Below, one piece after another: positions 12,075 to 25,200 of a stretch of DNA of 64,000 nucleotides. The DNA is taken from positions 79,208,866 through 79,272,865 of the forward strand of contig NC_057711.1 of the NCBI RefSeq assembly GCF_004010195.1, in the 5' to 3' direction. Both the position numbers and the translations under genes were made by a program. This stretch comes from Chiloscyllium plagiosum. Lineage: Eukaryota. How positions within the stretch are numbered: the stretch's first letter is position 1; each line of letters starts with the position of its first letter. Below the pieces are notes generated by a model. The model saw nothing but the letters and a program-made list of their open reading frames with translations, had not been told where the DNA came from and searched no databases.

Positions 12075-12300
12075 CACTCACCATCCTGACTTGAAGCTAT
12101 ATCACTGTTCCTCTGGCATTATTGGAGGTCAAATTATTGAAACTTCCTCCCCAAAGGCATTGTCGGTGTCCCTAGTTCAAATGAACAGCAGCAGTTCAAG
12201 AAGGCAGCTCACTACCACCTTCTCATGGACAATTAGGAATGTATAATAAATGTTGGCCCAGCCAGCCAAGTCCAGATTTCCTGAATTAATTTAAAAAAAT
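12075..12300 (+). mobile_element. 3' end of second CR1-group family
   Basis: GCAGTTCAAGAAGGCAGCTCACTACCACCTTCTC...AATAAATGTTGGCCCAGCCAGC, same tail as 6840-6948. Confidence 0.75.
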
Positions 12301-12390
12301 ACATTTCCATCCAATAAAATACTGAAGACCTAAAAACAAAAATTTAGCTCTATAGTTCATTCCTTCAGATGGCTAATTGTTGAAATCTCT

Positions 12391-13488
12391 TTGCCATTTG
12401 CTCATTTTGCTTTATTTAAAACATTTGATATTACAGAGAAGGAAATGCTGGATGTCTTGAAACACATAAAAGCTGATAAATCCCCAGGACCTGATCAGGT
12501 GAACCCTAAGACTCTGTGGGAAGCTAGAGAAGTGATTGCTGGGCCTCTTACTGAGGTATTTGTATCACCAATACTCACAGGTCAGGTGCCGGAAGACTGG
12601 AAGTTGGCTAATGTGGTGCCACTGTTTAAGAACAGTGGAAAGGACAAGCCAGGGAACTATAGACCAGTGAGCCTGACATCAGTGGTGGGCAAGTTGTTGG
12701 AGGTAATCCTGAGGGACAGGATGTACATATATTTGGAAAGGCAAGGACTGATTATGGATAGTCAACGTGGCTTTGTGCTTGGGAAACCATGTCTCATAAA
12801 CTTGGTTGAGTTTTTTCAAGAAGTAACAAAGAGGATTGATGAGGGCAGAGCAGTAGACATGATCTATCTGGACTTCAGTAAGGCGTTCAACAAGGTTCCC
12901 CATGGGAAACTGGTTAACAAGGTTAGATCTCATGAAATACAGGGAGAACAAGACATTTGGATACAGAACTGGCTCAAAGGTAAAAGACAAAGGATGGTGG
13001 TAGAGGATTGTTTTTCAGACTGGATGCCTGTGACCAGTGGTGTGCCACAAGGATTGGTGCTGGCCCCACTACTTTTCATCATTTATATAAATGATTTGGA
13101 TGTGAGCATGAGAGGTATAGTTAGTAAGTTTGCAGATGACACAAGAATTGGAGATTTAGTGGACAGCAAAGAAGGTTACCTCAGATTACAACAGGATCTT
13201 GATCAGATGGGCCAATGGGCTGAGAAGTGGCAGATGGAGCTTAATTCAGATAAATGCGAGGTGCTGCATTTTGGGAAAGCAAACCTGAGCAGGACTTATA
13301 CACTTAATGGTAAGGTCCTAGGGAGTGTTGCTGAACAAAGAAACCTTGGAGTGCAGGTTCATAGCTCCTTGAAAGTGGAGTCGCAGGTAGATAGGGTAGT
13401 GAAGAAGGCATTTGGTATGCTTTCCTTTGTTGGTCAGCGTATTGAGTACAGGAGTTGGGAGGTTATGTTGCGACTGTACAGGACATAA
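12391..13488 (+). pseudogene. CR1 ORF2 reverse transcriptase fragment (365 aa open frame, no endonuclease domain)
   Basis: KSPGPD, NYRPVSLTSVVGKLLE, YLDFSKAF, GVPQGLVLAPLLF, KFADD, WAEKWQM motifs; frame lost after 13488; first ~11 codons are flanking DNA. Confidence 0.92.
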
Positions 13489-14020
13489 GTTAGGCCCTAC
13501 TGTTGGAATATTGCATGCAATTCTGGTCTCCTTCCAATCAGAAAGATGTTGTGAAACTTGAAAGGATTCAGGAAAGATTTACAAGGATGTTGCCAGGGTT
13601 GGACAATTTGAGGTATAGGGAGAGGTTGAATACGCTCGGACTGTTTTCCCTGGAGCATCAGAGGTTTATAAAATCATAAGGGGCATGGATAGGATAAATA
13701 GACAAAGTCTTTTCCCTGGGGTGGGAGAGTCCAGAACTAGAGGGCATAGGTTTAGGGTGAGAGGGGAAAGATGTAAAAGGGTTTTAAGGGCAAAGTTTTC
13801 ACACAGAGGCAGGTACATGTATGGAATGAGCTGCCAGAGGAAGTAGCGGAGGCTAGTACAATTGCGCATTTAAAAGGCATCTGGATGGGTATATGAATAG
13901 GAAGGGTTTGGAGGGATATGGGCCGGATGCTGGCAGATGGGACTAGATTGGGTTGTGATGTCTGGTCGGCATGGACAAGTTGGACTGAAAGTTCTGTTTC
14001 TGTGCATCTCTACGACTCTA
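12425..14020 (+). mobile_element. HER1/CR1 LINE, 5'-truncated, relatively young
   Basis: Contains RT ORF 12391-13488, frameshifted C-terminus and 3' UTR ending CTCTACGACTCTA. Confidence 0.95.
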
Positions 14021-14214
14021 TTAAATTTAGGACAAGGACAAGGAAAATATTAAAGTATGTGAGGAGCAAGTGTAGCCAATAGAACATCAGGATATAAGTT
14101 CAGAAGTAGGCAATATAAGCTTCTCCTGCTAGTCAATGACATCATGTCTGATCCACGACCTAAATTTCTATGCCTATCTTTGTGACACACTTTTCGACTC
14201 TGACATTCTTGATG

Positions 14215-14540
14215 ATGCTGAAAATGTGTTGCTGGAAATGCGCAGCAGGTCAGGCAGCATCCAGGGAACAGGAGAATCGACGTTTCGGGCATAAGCCCTT
14301 CTTCAGGAATGAGGAAAGTTTGTCCAGCAGGCTAAGATAAAAGGTAGGGAGGAGGGACTTGGGGGAGGGGCGTTGGAAATGTGATAGGTGGAAAGAGGTC
14401 AAGGTGAGGGTGATGGGTCAGACTGGGGTGGGTGCGGAGAGGTCAGGAAGAAGATTGCAGGTTAGGAAGGCGGTGCTGAATTCGATGGATTTGACTGAGA
14501 CAAGGTGGGGGGAGGGGAAATGAGGAAACTGGTGAAATTG
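14215..14540 (-). mobile_element. Penelope-like element 3' region / pseudo-LTR
   Basis: GAAAATGTGTTGCTGGAAATGCGCAGCAGGTCAGGCAGCATCC...; contains a hammerhead core. Confidence 0.8.
14275..14310 (-). ncRNA. Minimal hammerhead ribozyme motif (PLE-associated)
   Basis: Minus: ATTC-CTGAAGA-A-GGGC-TTAT-GCCC-GAA-ACGT-C-GATT; CUGANGA and GAAA cores, 4-bp stem II, palindromic ACGT stem III. Confidence 0.75.
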
Positions 14541-14694
14541 TCTTTGTCCCATGTCCTTTATTGTCCTGGGTTAGCAAAACCTAACAATCTCACTTTGAAA
14601 ATTAAGAGCTGATATTGCATCAATTCTCATTTGTGGGAGTCAGTTCCAAACTCCTATTACCCTTTGTATGTAGAAATGCTTTTTAATCACAGTT

Positions 14695-15338
14695 TTAGTG
14701 TTATACAGCATGGAAACAGACCTTTCAGTCCAACTCATTCCCACCATCCAGACATCCCAATCTGACCTAGCCCCATTTGCCAGCATTTGGCCCATATCCC
14801 TCTAATCCCCTCCTATTCACATACCTATTTGTATTCATATACCTACCCAGTTGTTGTAATTGTATCTGCTTCCACCACTTCCTCTGGCAGCTTGTTCCGT
14901 ACACACCACTCGCTGCATGGAAAATTTCCCCTCAGTAGCTTTTTAAATCTTTCCTCTCTCACCTTAAACCTATGCCCTCTAGTTTTGGACTCGTCCACTC
15001 TAGGAAAAAGACCTTGGCTATGCATCCTATTCACGCCCCTCTTGAATCTCATAAACCTCTATAAGGTTACCCTTCAGCCTCTGGCACTCCAGGGAAAAAA
15101 GTCCCAGCCTATTCAGCCCCTCCGTTTAACTCAAACCCTCCAGTCCCATGACATCCTTGTAAATATTTTCTGCATCATCTCAAGTGCAGAATAGCAACAT
15201 TCCTCCTATAGAAGGATGATAAAAATTGTACACAATATTCTAGAAGTGGCCTCATGATGCCTGCAACATCATGTCCCAACTCCCACACTCAATGCAATGA
15301 CCAATGAAGGCAAGCATGTCAAATGCCTTCTTCATTGT
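14695..15338 (-). mobile_element. HER1/CR1 LINE 3' fragment
   Basis: Minus ORF 14843-15052 GLFPRVDESKTRGHRFKVR; 3' UTR homologous to 13900-14020. Confidence 0.9.
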
Positions 15339-16944
15339 CTTTTTTTTTAATTCTAATTTTAGAAGATGCCCTGGTTCAAGGCTTGAGTAAATTAAAATAG
15401 CTTAGAACTCTGAATATAGAACCAGTATAAGCAAGCAAAATGGACAAACATTTCTCAAAAGTTTTGTTAAGATATTCAGTCTCATTGTGCTAAGTAGAGA
15501 GGAAGCTTTTAGCTTTTAGACCAGCAAACAGCCAGCACCTAAATTGATGGAAATGAAAATTACAGAGTGACCAATGTACAATCTCATATTTTACCCCTGA
15601 AAGGTAACTTGCCTCCATCACATGCATTTCTGAGTCTGAAAATAAGCACAGATTAACTAAAAGGCAATCTGCAGCAAATTCAAATGACAGCATTTAGAAT
15701 ATGCAGATACTTCACTCAATTTGCTGCTCTCACATTCCTCTACTTATACTGGAAGTCCTGCCAATTAAGATGATGAGCTCCATGAGTATTTGTTTATTGT
15801 TTGCTACCAATACAAAAGGTGTCACAGTGATACTGTCAAATAATGCTAAAGATTTTCTTCTTTAATAATTGCAGTAATAATAATTTTAGTGCGTGGGATC
15901 ACATTTCTGAAAGAATTCTTCTTCAAAATGTTGTTAGCAAGACATGACAAATGACAACTGTGTAGCTGGTAGCAACTGTGCACTGTAATTATTTTAACCC
16001 ACTCAACAGTCATCTTTTAAGAGGTTTGCAAGATGGTAACATTGTAACACAACTGTATAATTTATTTATTTTGAATTTTCTTTTCTCCCCTTACAAGACA
16101 TTCAAATTGTACAGGCAGGTTTTGTCTGTACATAGGGGAAAAAGTCTGCCAATTTCTGATATCATTGCCAACATGGAACACAAAATAATTGTCAATGGAA
16201 AATGCTTTGAGGGAAACTGCTTGCCTAGCATTCTCAAAAACTACAATGACAGTAAAGCAAGACAGAACATCAGTGCTCATGCAATCATTTGAAATGATCA
16301 TTTAAAGACTTAGTGTCTCTCCAGTTGACAGCAAAGCCTAAATGCAGGTTAAGCTTGTTGGGTATAAGACATACATTCCTACACTTCCACTTCATGGTTC
16401 ACAACTCCTAAACATCCAACATAGTTTTCTTCAGCTTTTGGATAAAATATAGGAGCAAGCAATGTGGTAAATCATACAAAATTGGAGAGGTGGCTGCTGA
16501 GGTGGAGGAATTGCTAACTACCTTGGGGAAGGGGTGATGAACAGATGTAACTTGTTATGATTTATTGTCTGATGTCCTTCAGATGCATCCACTATAGTCT
16601 TTGCCTTAACACAAGTTGCTCTAGAGAAATTAAATGTTATCCGAGATGGATCAATATCACACCCAAATCTTTTTTTCTTTTTGACCTCAATGAATAGGGA
16701 TTATTCCATATTATGTATGAAACTTGGGAAGAGGCAAAATTGCATAAAGCATAATGAGTTGAAACAAGCACCTTTTATAACTTCAACAATAGCACAGGAT
16801 TAGAGGGTATTTTCATGTGCTTCCGAAACCACCACCAGCGGCTTGTGGTTGGGGTAGAGTGCTACCACCAATTTGGCATCGAAGAGCATGTTTGGTTGTC
16901 AGTGGTAAAGGATGAACCACACGTGATTTTTCTTTTTCTTTAAC

Positions 16945-17032
16945 CCAGTTTTTCTAACAACATATTCAAAGATTATACACCTCTGGAACAGGTGGGACTT
17001 GAACCCAGATCTCTTGGTCCATGGGTAGGTAC
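16945..17032 (-). mobile_element. Short tRNA-derived SINE fragment
   Basis: Minus GGGTTCAAGTCCCACCTGTTCCAGAGGTG (B-box); same family as 22712-22818 and 47515-47614. Confidence 0.55.
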
Positions 17033-17039
17033 TTAGAAA

Positions 17040-18560
17040 TGACAAGAAAAAGTTTTGGTTCTTTAGAGAGGCAGAGTGTAGACTTTATAGTAGATAATAA
17101 GGAAATGGCAGATGAATGATCAAATATTTTGCTCTGCCTTCATTACAGATGATCTAAGAAACAGGCTAGTAATTTCTATAAATCATGAGGTGGAACAAAA
17201 AGAGTAAATTTGTGAAATTACAATGGTTATAGACCAGATCAAACCCCCTCAAAATATATTAAGAAGATAGCCATAACCTTAACTTTTTCTTATTTTAAAG
17301 GCAAGTGCATTCCAGATAGAGTCCGATTGGTTAAGCTACCAGGTTTGAAGCAAAACCTACTTTATTCATATACTATAGTTAAAATACAACAAAGGAAAGA
17401 TGAAATTGGAATAACTTAACTCTATTGGAAAACTTAACAAAATAATAGATTATTGAACTACTAAGCAGTAACTGTTCCAATATAGTAACATCCCTCAAAC
17501 ACACCCTGGGCAAAGGCAAATTCATAAAAATGGATTGAATCACTTACATTTCTACAGTCCAAGAGACAAAACATCAAGAGAAAACTCTGAGAGAGGGAGT
17601 AGCCAGGAGAGATACAGAGTAGATTCCAAACCTGGCTTCAAGACCCCAATAACTGCTGCAACTGAAAAACTAAAATGAAAAGTCCTGAATCTGTGGGATC
17701 TTGCAACACCCATTCAGGCTCCTTCTATTGTTGCAACTTTGGAAAAAAACCCAAGACCTCACAAGCTGTTTACTTTATGGGCTTTCACTAGACTGCTTTA
17801 CATCTCTGTCTTAAACCCTCTCTTTAAAAACAGACAGGACAAAACACATATCTTAAAGCCATAGTATCATCACACAGTCCCCAAGGAAATGGTACTGAGC
17901 AATTTACAGATTATAAGTCTACGAGTGTCACTGTTGAGGTAGTCGATGTGTTGGTGTTAATTTTCCAAAATTCCTTTCATTCATGAAAGGCTTCATTAGA
18001 CCGGAAAGGAAAACAGGAAATGATAGACCAATAAACTTGATGATTGTCATGTGAAAAGTATAAGAAAGGAGCATTGAGGAGATTATACTTAGAAAAAAGA
18101 CTTAGAAAAAACTCAATGCTGGAAAGAGCCAGCATGGTTTTATGATGAGGAAATCATGTTTAGCTAACTTATTAGGCTTTCTGAAGAAATAATATGTGCT
18201 GTGGTTAAAGTCTACATGTACTGTAATCGGACTTTCAAAAAAGCATTTGATAAGTTGCAATGCAAAATAAATAAATAAATGGTTTATGGTGTAGTTGGCA
18301 ACATATTAGCAACAATAGAAGATTGGCTGGCTGGAAGAACATAGAGTATTAATAAATGAACCTTTGTCTAATTGGCAGGATGCAATGAGCTGAGGCATTG
18401 GTATCTGTGCTGAGGCTTCACCTTTTGATCACTCACATCAATGACTTAAATGAGAGGAGCACAGGCAGATCACACCCAAGCAAAGGAATAAAGCACGTTG
18501 TGAAAAAGGTATGTGGATTTCACAGAAGGATAGGTTAAATGAGTGGGCAAAAATTATGGC
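17040..18560 (+). mobile_element. Old CR1 LINE remnant interrupted by a solo LTR
   Basis: AAGGAAATGGCAGATGAA, CAGCATGGTTTTATG..AAATCATGTTTAGCTAAC, GACTTTCAAAAAAGCATTTGATAAG RT remnants. Confidence 0.7.
17225..17874 (-). mobile_element. Solo LTR (~650 bp)
   Basis: Minus strand starts TGTGATGATAC and ends CTATAACC (degenerate ..CA); AATAAA on minus near 17362; flanked by CAAT / CAGT 4-bp TSD; splits the host CR1. Confidence 0.65.
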
Positions 18561-19019
18561 ATCCTCTGCGTATGTTTTCCTGGTGAAGAAGGCATTTTCG
18601 CATTTTCACTCACAGGAGTGGAGGCTTGCTGCTTAATTAGCCATAATCTGTATCATTAGTGGGGCTGATTAATCTTATTTGAAAGGTTTAAAATATTACC
18701 CTTGAGCTTGAGTCAGCCCATCATCTGACAACAAAGTCAAAACTGCTGTGTCAATTCATTCATAATTCTATTTTGCTGTCTGAAAACCTCCAGTTCACAT
18801 TGCCTCAACGAGCTCAAGGAAATTGTCCTGCTCTTATATGATTTTTTTCTGAATGTTCTTTGGTGATGATAGGAATAGAAATCAATTCCTCTGCCCCTGA
18901 GAAGTTGCAGAATCCCCTCCTGTTTAAAGTAAGAAACAATTCTTTTGTACTAATATAAGACATAACAATACTTTGGGTTCTACTAAGCAACCAGAAAGCT
19001 CAGTGAAATCTTGTACCAG

Positions 19020-19780
19020 TTGCACTTGACCTGTCAACAACAGTTTGTTCCTGAGCCAGCTGTTCTTCTGGACCTCGTTGTCTTCCCTCTGATACATAAG
19101 GATGCTGAGGTCATTAAATCAAATGTACAGGTGTTGCAGATGTAGCATTCTTTTGTCATAGCTGGGCACAGTTTATGCATATAAGTACTTTCTAATGCAC
19201 AGTGCTGATACTGACTCTTAGTATTTGACGTTTCCATATTTCTGTTGGCTTGTCATGCATATCGATAGAATATGCCTTATAGATAGGTTTCATTGCTCTT
19301 ATGTGAGAGGAGTATGCATCATCTCTCAGGATTTGCTAGACAGTATCCCTAGCTTCTGCTTCTAGTACAATTTGAATAACTTTCTCCAAAGTCAAGTCTT
19401 CTTTGGACTGGAATGGAGCAGACAAATCCCCATCAATAATTCCAATAATATTTCTGTCCCTTATGAATTCTGATTTTAAAGCACCACAGTCATAGATTTT
19501 CATTAAACTAAATAAGCCATTAATGAAATCATCTATTGATTCCACTGGATGCTGAACACTTCTGCTAAACCTTGCCCTTTTAAGGCATTTGTTTTTTCTC
19601 AGACTATTAGCAAAAAGCAGTTAGAAATTCTTCAAAAGTATCTGTACCTTTATATATGTATGCTTTAATGATTTATAATGTCACCAGCTGTTCTACAATA
19701 ATGTATTTAGTTTTCAGCATGAGATTTAATTTTAAAGCAATTTTACATTTAAGAAATGTTTTCTTCAAGATGTCAAATCC
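19020..19780 (-). mobile_element. Gypsy LTR retrotransposon gag remnant
   Basis: ORF 19336-19545 ESIDDFINGL..CGALKSEFIRDRNIIG..DLTLEKVIQI (gag capsid pattern); ORF 19034-19237 CPAMTKECYICN (zinc-knuckle remnant). Confidence 0.8.
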
Positions 19781-20029
19781 TGTGTTCTGCTTGTCACATC
19801 TCTCTAACATTAAATCTGAGATAGTAAAAACTCTCCTGTAATTTCTATATAATTTAGTTATTTATTCTTAATACTATTAAACTGTTTAAATTTACAGCAC
19901 CTCAATGCTGTTTGTAATCTATTGGTTCTTAAACTTTAAATCTTGCAATTATCTCAATGCTGCTTACTTATCTTGTGTAATGTCTCTCTAAGCTTTTTAA
20001 CTGTGCATGATAGAGCACTATTCATGAGG

Positions 20030-20548
20030 GATAGACTGTTGCAACTTAAAGTTAACAATGCACCAGTACTAGATAAGATGTATCTAATGATATTGAAGGA
20101 AGTGAGAGTGAAATTTCAAGGGTACTGGTCATCATTTTTCAATCTTCCCTAGACTCTGGAGTGGTGCGAGAAGAATGGAAGATTTCAAACATCACACTCT
20201 TGTGTAAGGATAAGCCCAGAAATTACAGCCTAATCTGTTTAACATCAATTGTGGAGAAGCTTCTAGAAACAATTATTCAGGATAGAATTAGTAGTCACAC
20301 GGAAAAACATGGACTGATTAGGAAGAACCAACAAAATTTGTGAAGGGGAAATCATGTTTAACTGACCTGCAGAAGAAAGAGCTGAGGGTAATACTATTGA
20401 TGTGGTGTACATGAGCTGTCAGAAGGCATTCAATATTTTACCACACAACAGTCAGGTGAGAAAATTACAGCGCATGAAATAAAAGGGACAGTAGCAATGT
20501 GGATACAAAATTGTCTGAGTAATAGAAAACAGAGAGAAATAGTCAATA
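20030..20548 (+). mobile_element. Degraded CR1 RT fragment
   Basis: EEWKISNITLL..KDKPRNYSLICLTSIVEKLLETIIQDRI. Confidence 0.8.
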
Positions 20549-21044
20549 TTCTTGCGCATTTAATTGTGTAAGACCATTCACAGGCTGATGCATCTGAAAG
20601 TTAAGAACATGAGCATGAAGATGCCATTGAGGCTGTACGCTCCAAAGTTGTCAGGCTGTATTGTAAGAGCTAGTAAAAAGAACAAGAGTCAAATTATGTT
20701 AATCACCACTTACATGGAAAATGATAGGAAGGTAAAGGACACAAGTATCTTGTACAAGACAAAATCAGAGAGTGGAATATCAGTCATGAATCACAGATGT
20801 GCCACCTCACCGTGTAGATCTGGCTATAGTTCAGGCTTTCACCCATCACTTGAGTAACCTGTTAAAGACACAAAAGTTACATTGATTATTTCAACACCTC
20901 AACTAGAAAGCCTTCTTCTTAGTCCTGATATTTCTTCACAGTTTAGTACTTCCATGCTATATGATTGCTGCAGATCAACTTGAGCAAGTCTGCTGAGTGT
21001 TGTAGCATTTTGACTCACGTGATACTGGTGGCTGTTCTCTGTTC

Positions 21045-21290
21045 CTGGTGCCCTTGGAGAGGGAGCACACAGTGTCCACCAACACCCTCAAAGCATTTAG
21101 AGACAGGTGGCCAGCACAAAGCCTTGAGTATATTATCTTGCCTTCCAACACTTTTCTGATTTAGTCCCCTCCCTTGTTCCTCGACTTCCTGCTTTTTTTT
21201 TGTTAGTGTCACACAGCCCTGATGGTCAGGGTTGGAATTAGGTGGCTGGGTGTTTTGCTAAATTGGTGGTGAATTATTCGCTTTAAAATA
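21045..21290 (+). mobile_element. Older Tx1-like LINE 3' fragment (different 3' UTR)
   Basis: 21048-21164 reads VPLEREHTVSTNTLKAFRDRWPAQSLEYIILPSNTFLI*, homologous to the peptides in 3400-4230. Confidence 0.7.
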
Positions 21291-22279
21291 GAATTTGAGT
21301 TCTTACATTATTTGGTGATTTTTTTTTAAAGTTGAGTTTGTCCTCCGTGGTGAGGTTAAGTTGGCTTCAGGAATGCAAAGGGGTCCAGAAGGGAAGGGTG
21401 GAAACTGATGTTTCTGCTAAACTACGGGCTTTAAAAAACATTTTAAATCTCTGAAAGTCTTTTGCTGTCTAATTCCAAATATGGATGTCAGTATATGGGT
21501 ATCACCCCAATTTATGAATGTCCAACAAATAAATACTTGCACTTACGAATGAGATTCCTTACAGGGGTATAATTTTTAAAATCCAACAGACCATATGTTT
21601 CCTGTACGCGTGTGGCTATTATCATGCATTGTGTTCTGATTTGTGTACAAATTGATTTGTAAACAGTCTGGAGACTTCACAACCTGGGGTCTGCCTGTGA
21701 CTAAATAGTATACCTTAGTGGAGCACAGTTCATGGTCTTGCAGTACTGGAACCAGAGTCTCTCAATGCTTCTGTGGGACTGTCTTCTGCAGTCATGCCCT
21801 GGTCCAAGTTGACTTGGCAACTCACGATGATCTCTTGTTGCCATCTCTTGAAAACAGTACATTCCTTCTCTCCCAGGCGACGTAAAGGAGAATGCCTGAG
21901 CAGACGTCACTAAAACTTGAAGCTAACTTTAAATAGTTTCAGAAATCTCCAAGAGGAGGTGGGGGTGATGAGGAGAGGTTGAATAGTGCTGTTAGGTTGC
22001 AGAGAGTGAAGTGCTGACAGGTGTCATTTTAATATGGCACCTGGAAGATTAAACCTTCCTCAAAGTTCCCCAGTCAGGAGCAGAACTACCTGAATATAAA
22101 ATTTGGCATTTTACCCACATGTAAATATGTCATAAACTGAGATGAACATAATCACATGGGAAAACTCAATTCACTCTCTGAGTAGAAGTCCCTCCCACCT
22201 TTATACTCAATCCACCCTTGATCTCATAGTCCCCCATTCTCTCTTATTTCAGTCTTTATTTTTATTAAAAATGTATTCG

Positions 22280-22465
22280 TCTAGCCTAGTTCAGTGGGTT
22301 GGATGGCCAGTTGTGATGCAGACAGCATGAGTTCAATTCCCACATGGATTGAGGTTACTTTGAAGAGTTTCTCTATCTCAATCTCTCCTCTTGCCTGAGG
22401 TGTGGTGACTCTCAGGTTAAACCACGACCTCTCTTTAATGAGTCTGACAGGACCATGGTGACTTA
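22280..22465 (+). mobile_element. tRNA-derived SINE, family distinct from HE1
   Basis: A-box-like TAGTTCAGTGG, B-box-like GAGTTCAATTCC, body GGTGACTCTCAGGTTAAACCACGAC. Confidence 0.6.
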
Positions 22466-22711
22466 ATAGTTTCATCTCATACACTTTATGAAAATCTTTA
22501 AATTTGTCTTCCATTTTGTCTTCTTTTGGCTGTTTCCCACTGAAATGGCAGAAAATATAAAAACAGCAATGCATTTTGATTAGCTAGGAACTGGTTTAAA
22601 AACTATTTTTCAGATCCATTAGAAGATCAGTTTTCTGCAAATCCAACTTGACAATGTAATAAATGTAAGTGGTTATTTTCCTCATCATATATGTGACTGT
22701 AACAGGCTCTT

Positions 22712-22818
22712 GTGGCACAGTGGCAGTCTCCATATCCTTAGGGCAGAAGGCCTAGGTTTAAGTCTTACCCGCTCCAGAGGGGTGTCGTATCACATCAACT
22801 GGTTTATTAAAAATATCT
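22712..22818 (+). mobile_element. Short tRNA-derived SINE
   Basis: GTGGCACAGTGG A-box, GGTTTAAGTC B-box-like, CTCCAGAGG body; related copies at 16945 and 47515. Confidence 0.55.
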
Positions 22819-22924
22819 GCACAAGACTGGATGTTAGTATTTATGCAAGGTCCTCATCTACCATCAAGACCTGAAATGTTAAAGGTCAAAATTGGCAGGC
22901 ATGGCACAAAAAATGAACCACTCC

Positions 22925-23648
22925 AAGCAATGACCATCTCCTATAAGAAATAGTCTGACCATTGTCCCTTGACATTGAATGGACACTATCAACATCCTGG
23001 GGGGTACCATTGACCAGAAACTCAGCTGGTCCAGCCACAAACAGTGGCTACAAGAGCAAGTCAGATGCAAGAAATACTGCAGTAAGTAATTCACCTCCTG
23101 ATTCCCCAAAGACTGTTCACCATCTACAAGGCACACGTTAAAAGTGTGATGGAATACTTCCCACTTATCTGGATGAATGCATTCCAACAACACTCAAGAA
23201 GCTCAACATCATCCATGAAAAAGCATCCTGCTTGATTGGCAGCATATCGACAAGCATCTACTCGCTGCACCACCAATGCTCAGTAGCAGCAATGTGTATT
23301 ATCTCCAAGATGAACTTCAGAAATTCACCAAAGATCTTTAGACACACCTTCCAACCCACAACCACTTCCATCTGGAAGGACAAAGGCAGCAGATAAATGG
23401 GAACATCATCACCTGCAAGTTCTCCTTCAAGCAACTCACTGTCCTGACTTTAAAATATATTGCCATTCCTTCACTGTTGCTAAAATCCTGAAATTCCCTC
23501 TTTTAGGTTATTCTGGATCAATCTACAGCACACATGCTGCAGCAGTTCAAGAGGCAGTTGACCACCATCTTCTCAAGAGCAATGAAGGACAAGCAATAGA
23601 TGCTGGCCAGCCAGAGACACCCATGTCCCTCAAGAGAATATTTTTAAA
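22925..23648 (+). mobile_element. Second CR1-group family, ORF2 C-terminus plus 3' tail
   Basis: INILGGTIDQKLSW and TIYKAHVKSVMEY-like motifs; tail CAATAGATGCTGGCCAGCCAG. Confidence 0.82.
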
Positions 23649-24499
23649 AATCTCTATTCTAACTGCTTGTCTACTTTTTGCAACCAACCGAGTGAGTTAA
23701 AATTCCACCCCCACACATTCCTCACATCTGCAAATTTTTAAACACCTACAGAGATACATGTTGGACAAAACTCCCATTACTGTATTGATAACAGTTTAAA
23801 CTACTTCTACGGTGTGACTAAATTGACTCATAACCCGACCCTCTTCAAAGAAAATAAACACATGAAAATAGAAAATTGAAAAATGAAATACAGGGAAACT
23901 TTCCTATTAATTATTCAAACACTTTACAACGAGAAAGTCTAGATGGAATTCTGTTTCTTTTTACAGAACTGAACTCATTAATGTGAAACCTAAAACAAAG
24001 CAGATAGACTACTTGTCTGACACTTGAAAAGACTTCAAACCTCAAAAAAAGGAACTGAAATTATTAATGTATTTGAATGCATAATACAATTGTATAGAAC
24101 TCACAACACTGAATGGAAAAAAGGTTCTTTGAAGTAAACCATCAAAAAAACCTGGCTGAATATAAAAAGGAACAAGCTGGGCCAGTCTCAGTTCTGGAAA
24201 TTACAAAATACAATTCAAGCTCTTCCATCTGGGGAGGATATCAAGAGGAGATGGGTTGCCAGACTTCACAAAACTCATTGTTTTAGGATATGGGGTAGCA
24301 GATTTAAAACTTTAATCAAATCTCTCATTTGTCTTCACTTATGTGAGGAGAATGGCCCCATCTTCTCCAAACTATTCACTTAGTGAAGTTCCTCACCATA
24401 TATGTGTGAACAACATCATGGTTTAGAAATCTGAACTTGCTTTATGCATTTTGAAAGAGGAAAAGAAAAACAAAAATGGCCAGAAGGATAGGTGGTATG

Positions 24500-25200
24500 A
24501 GCAAACATGTGAATTAGGTACAGAAGTAGGCCATTCTCTTCTTCAATCCTGTTCCACCATTCAATAAAATCATAGCTAAACTGTTTGTGCTTTGAATTTC
24601 ATGGCCTTGATGACCTTTTCCTTACCTAACAATAATCCATCTGCCTCTGCCTGAAAAATATATAATAACCCCACCTCCACTACCTTCTGAGTTAGAGTTC
24701 CAAAGTCACGCAACCCTCTGGGAGAAAAACGTTCTCTTCACTTGTGCTCGAACAGGGCAACCCTTAATTTTAAATTATGTCTCCTTGTTGTGGACTCATC
24801 CACATGAGTCAACATTCTTCCCAACTCCTTGTCAAGACCTTTTTGAATTGGAACCTTTGATATTTCAATCAAATCAACCATTGCCAATCACACCAAGCCC
24901 ATAATCAATATTTCTAATCTCACTTCATAAGACGACCTGCCCATTCCAGGTATCAATCCAGTAAACATCCACTGATCACTTACAACACATTTGTATCCTT
25001 CCTTAAATAAAGAGACAGAACTGCATACAATATTAGAGTCATGCCCTGTATAACTAAAGAATACATCTTTACTTTTATATTTAATTCCTCTTGTAATAAA
25101 GTATAGTATTCCCTTACCTTCTTAAACATTTACTATGTCAGCATACTAACTTTCTGCGATGAGTACATCTAGATCCCTCTGTGTTGCAGAATTCTGCATT
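24500..25200 (-). mobile_element. Degraded CR1 3' fragment
   Basis: GAAGTAGGCCATTC, CAACCCTCTGGGAGAAAA (antisense FSQRVA) motifs. Confidence 0.75.

Noticed and set aside
12391..13488. Longest ORF as a functional or domesticated gene
   Set aside because: 5'-truncated CR1 RT without endonuclease, non-ATG start in flanking DNA, frameshift downstream
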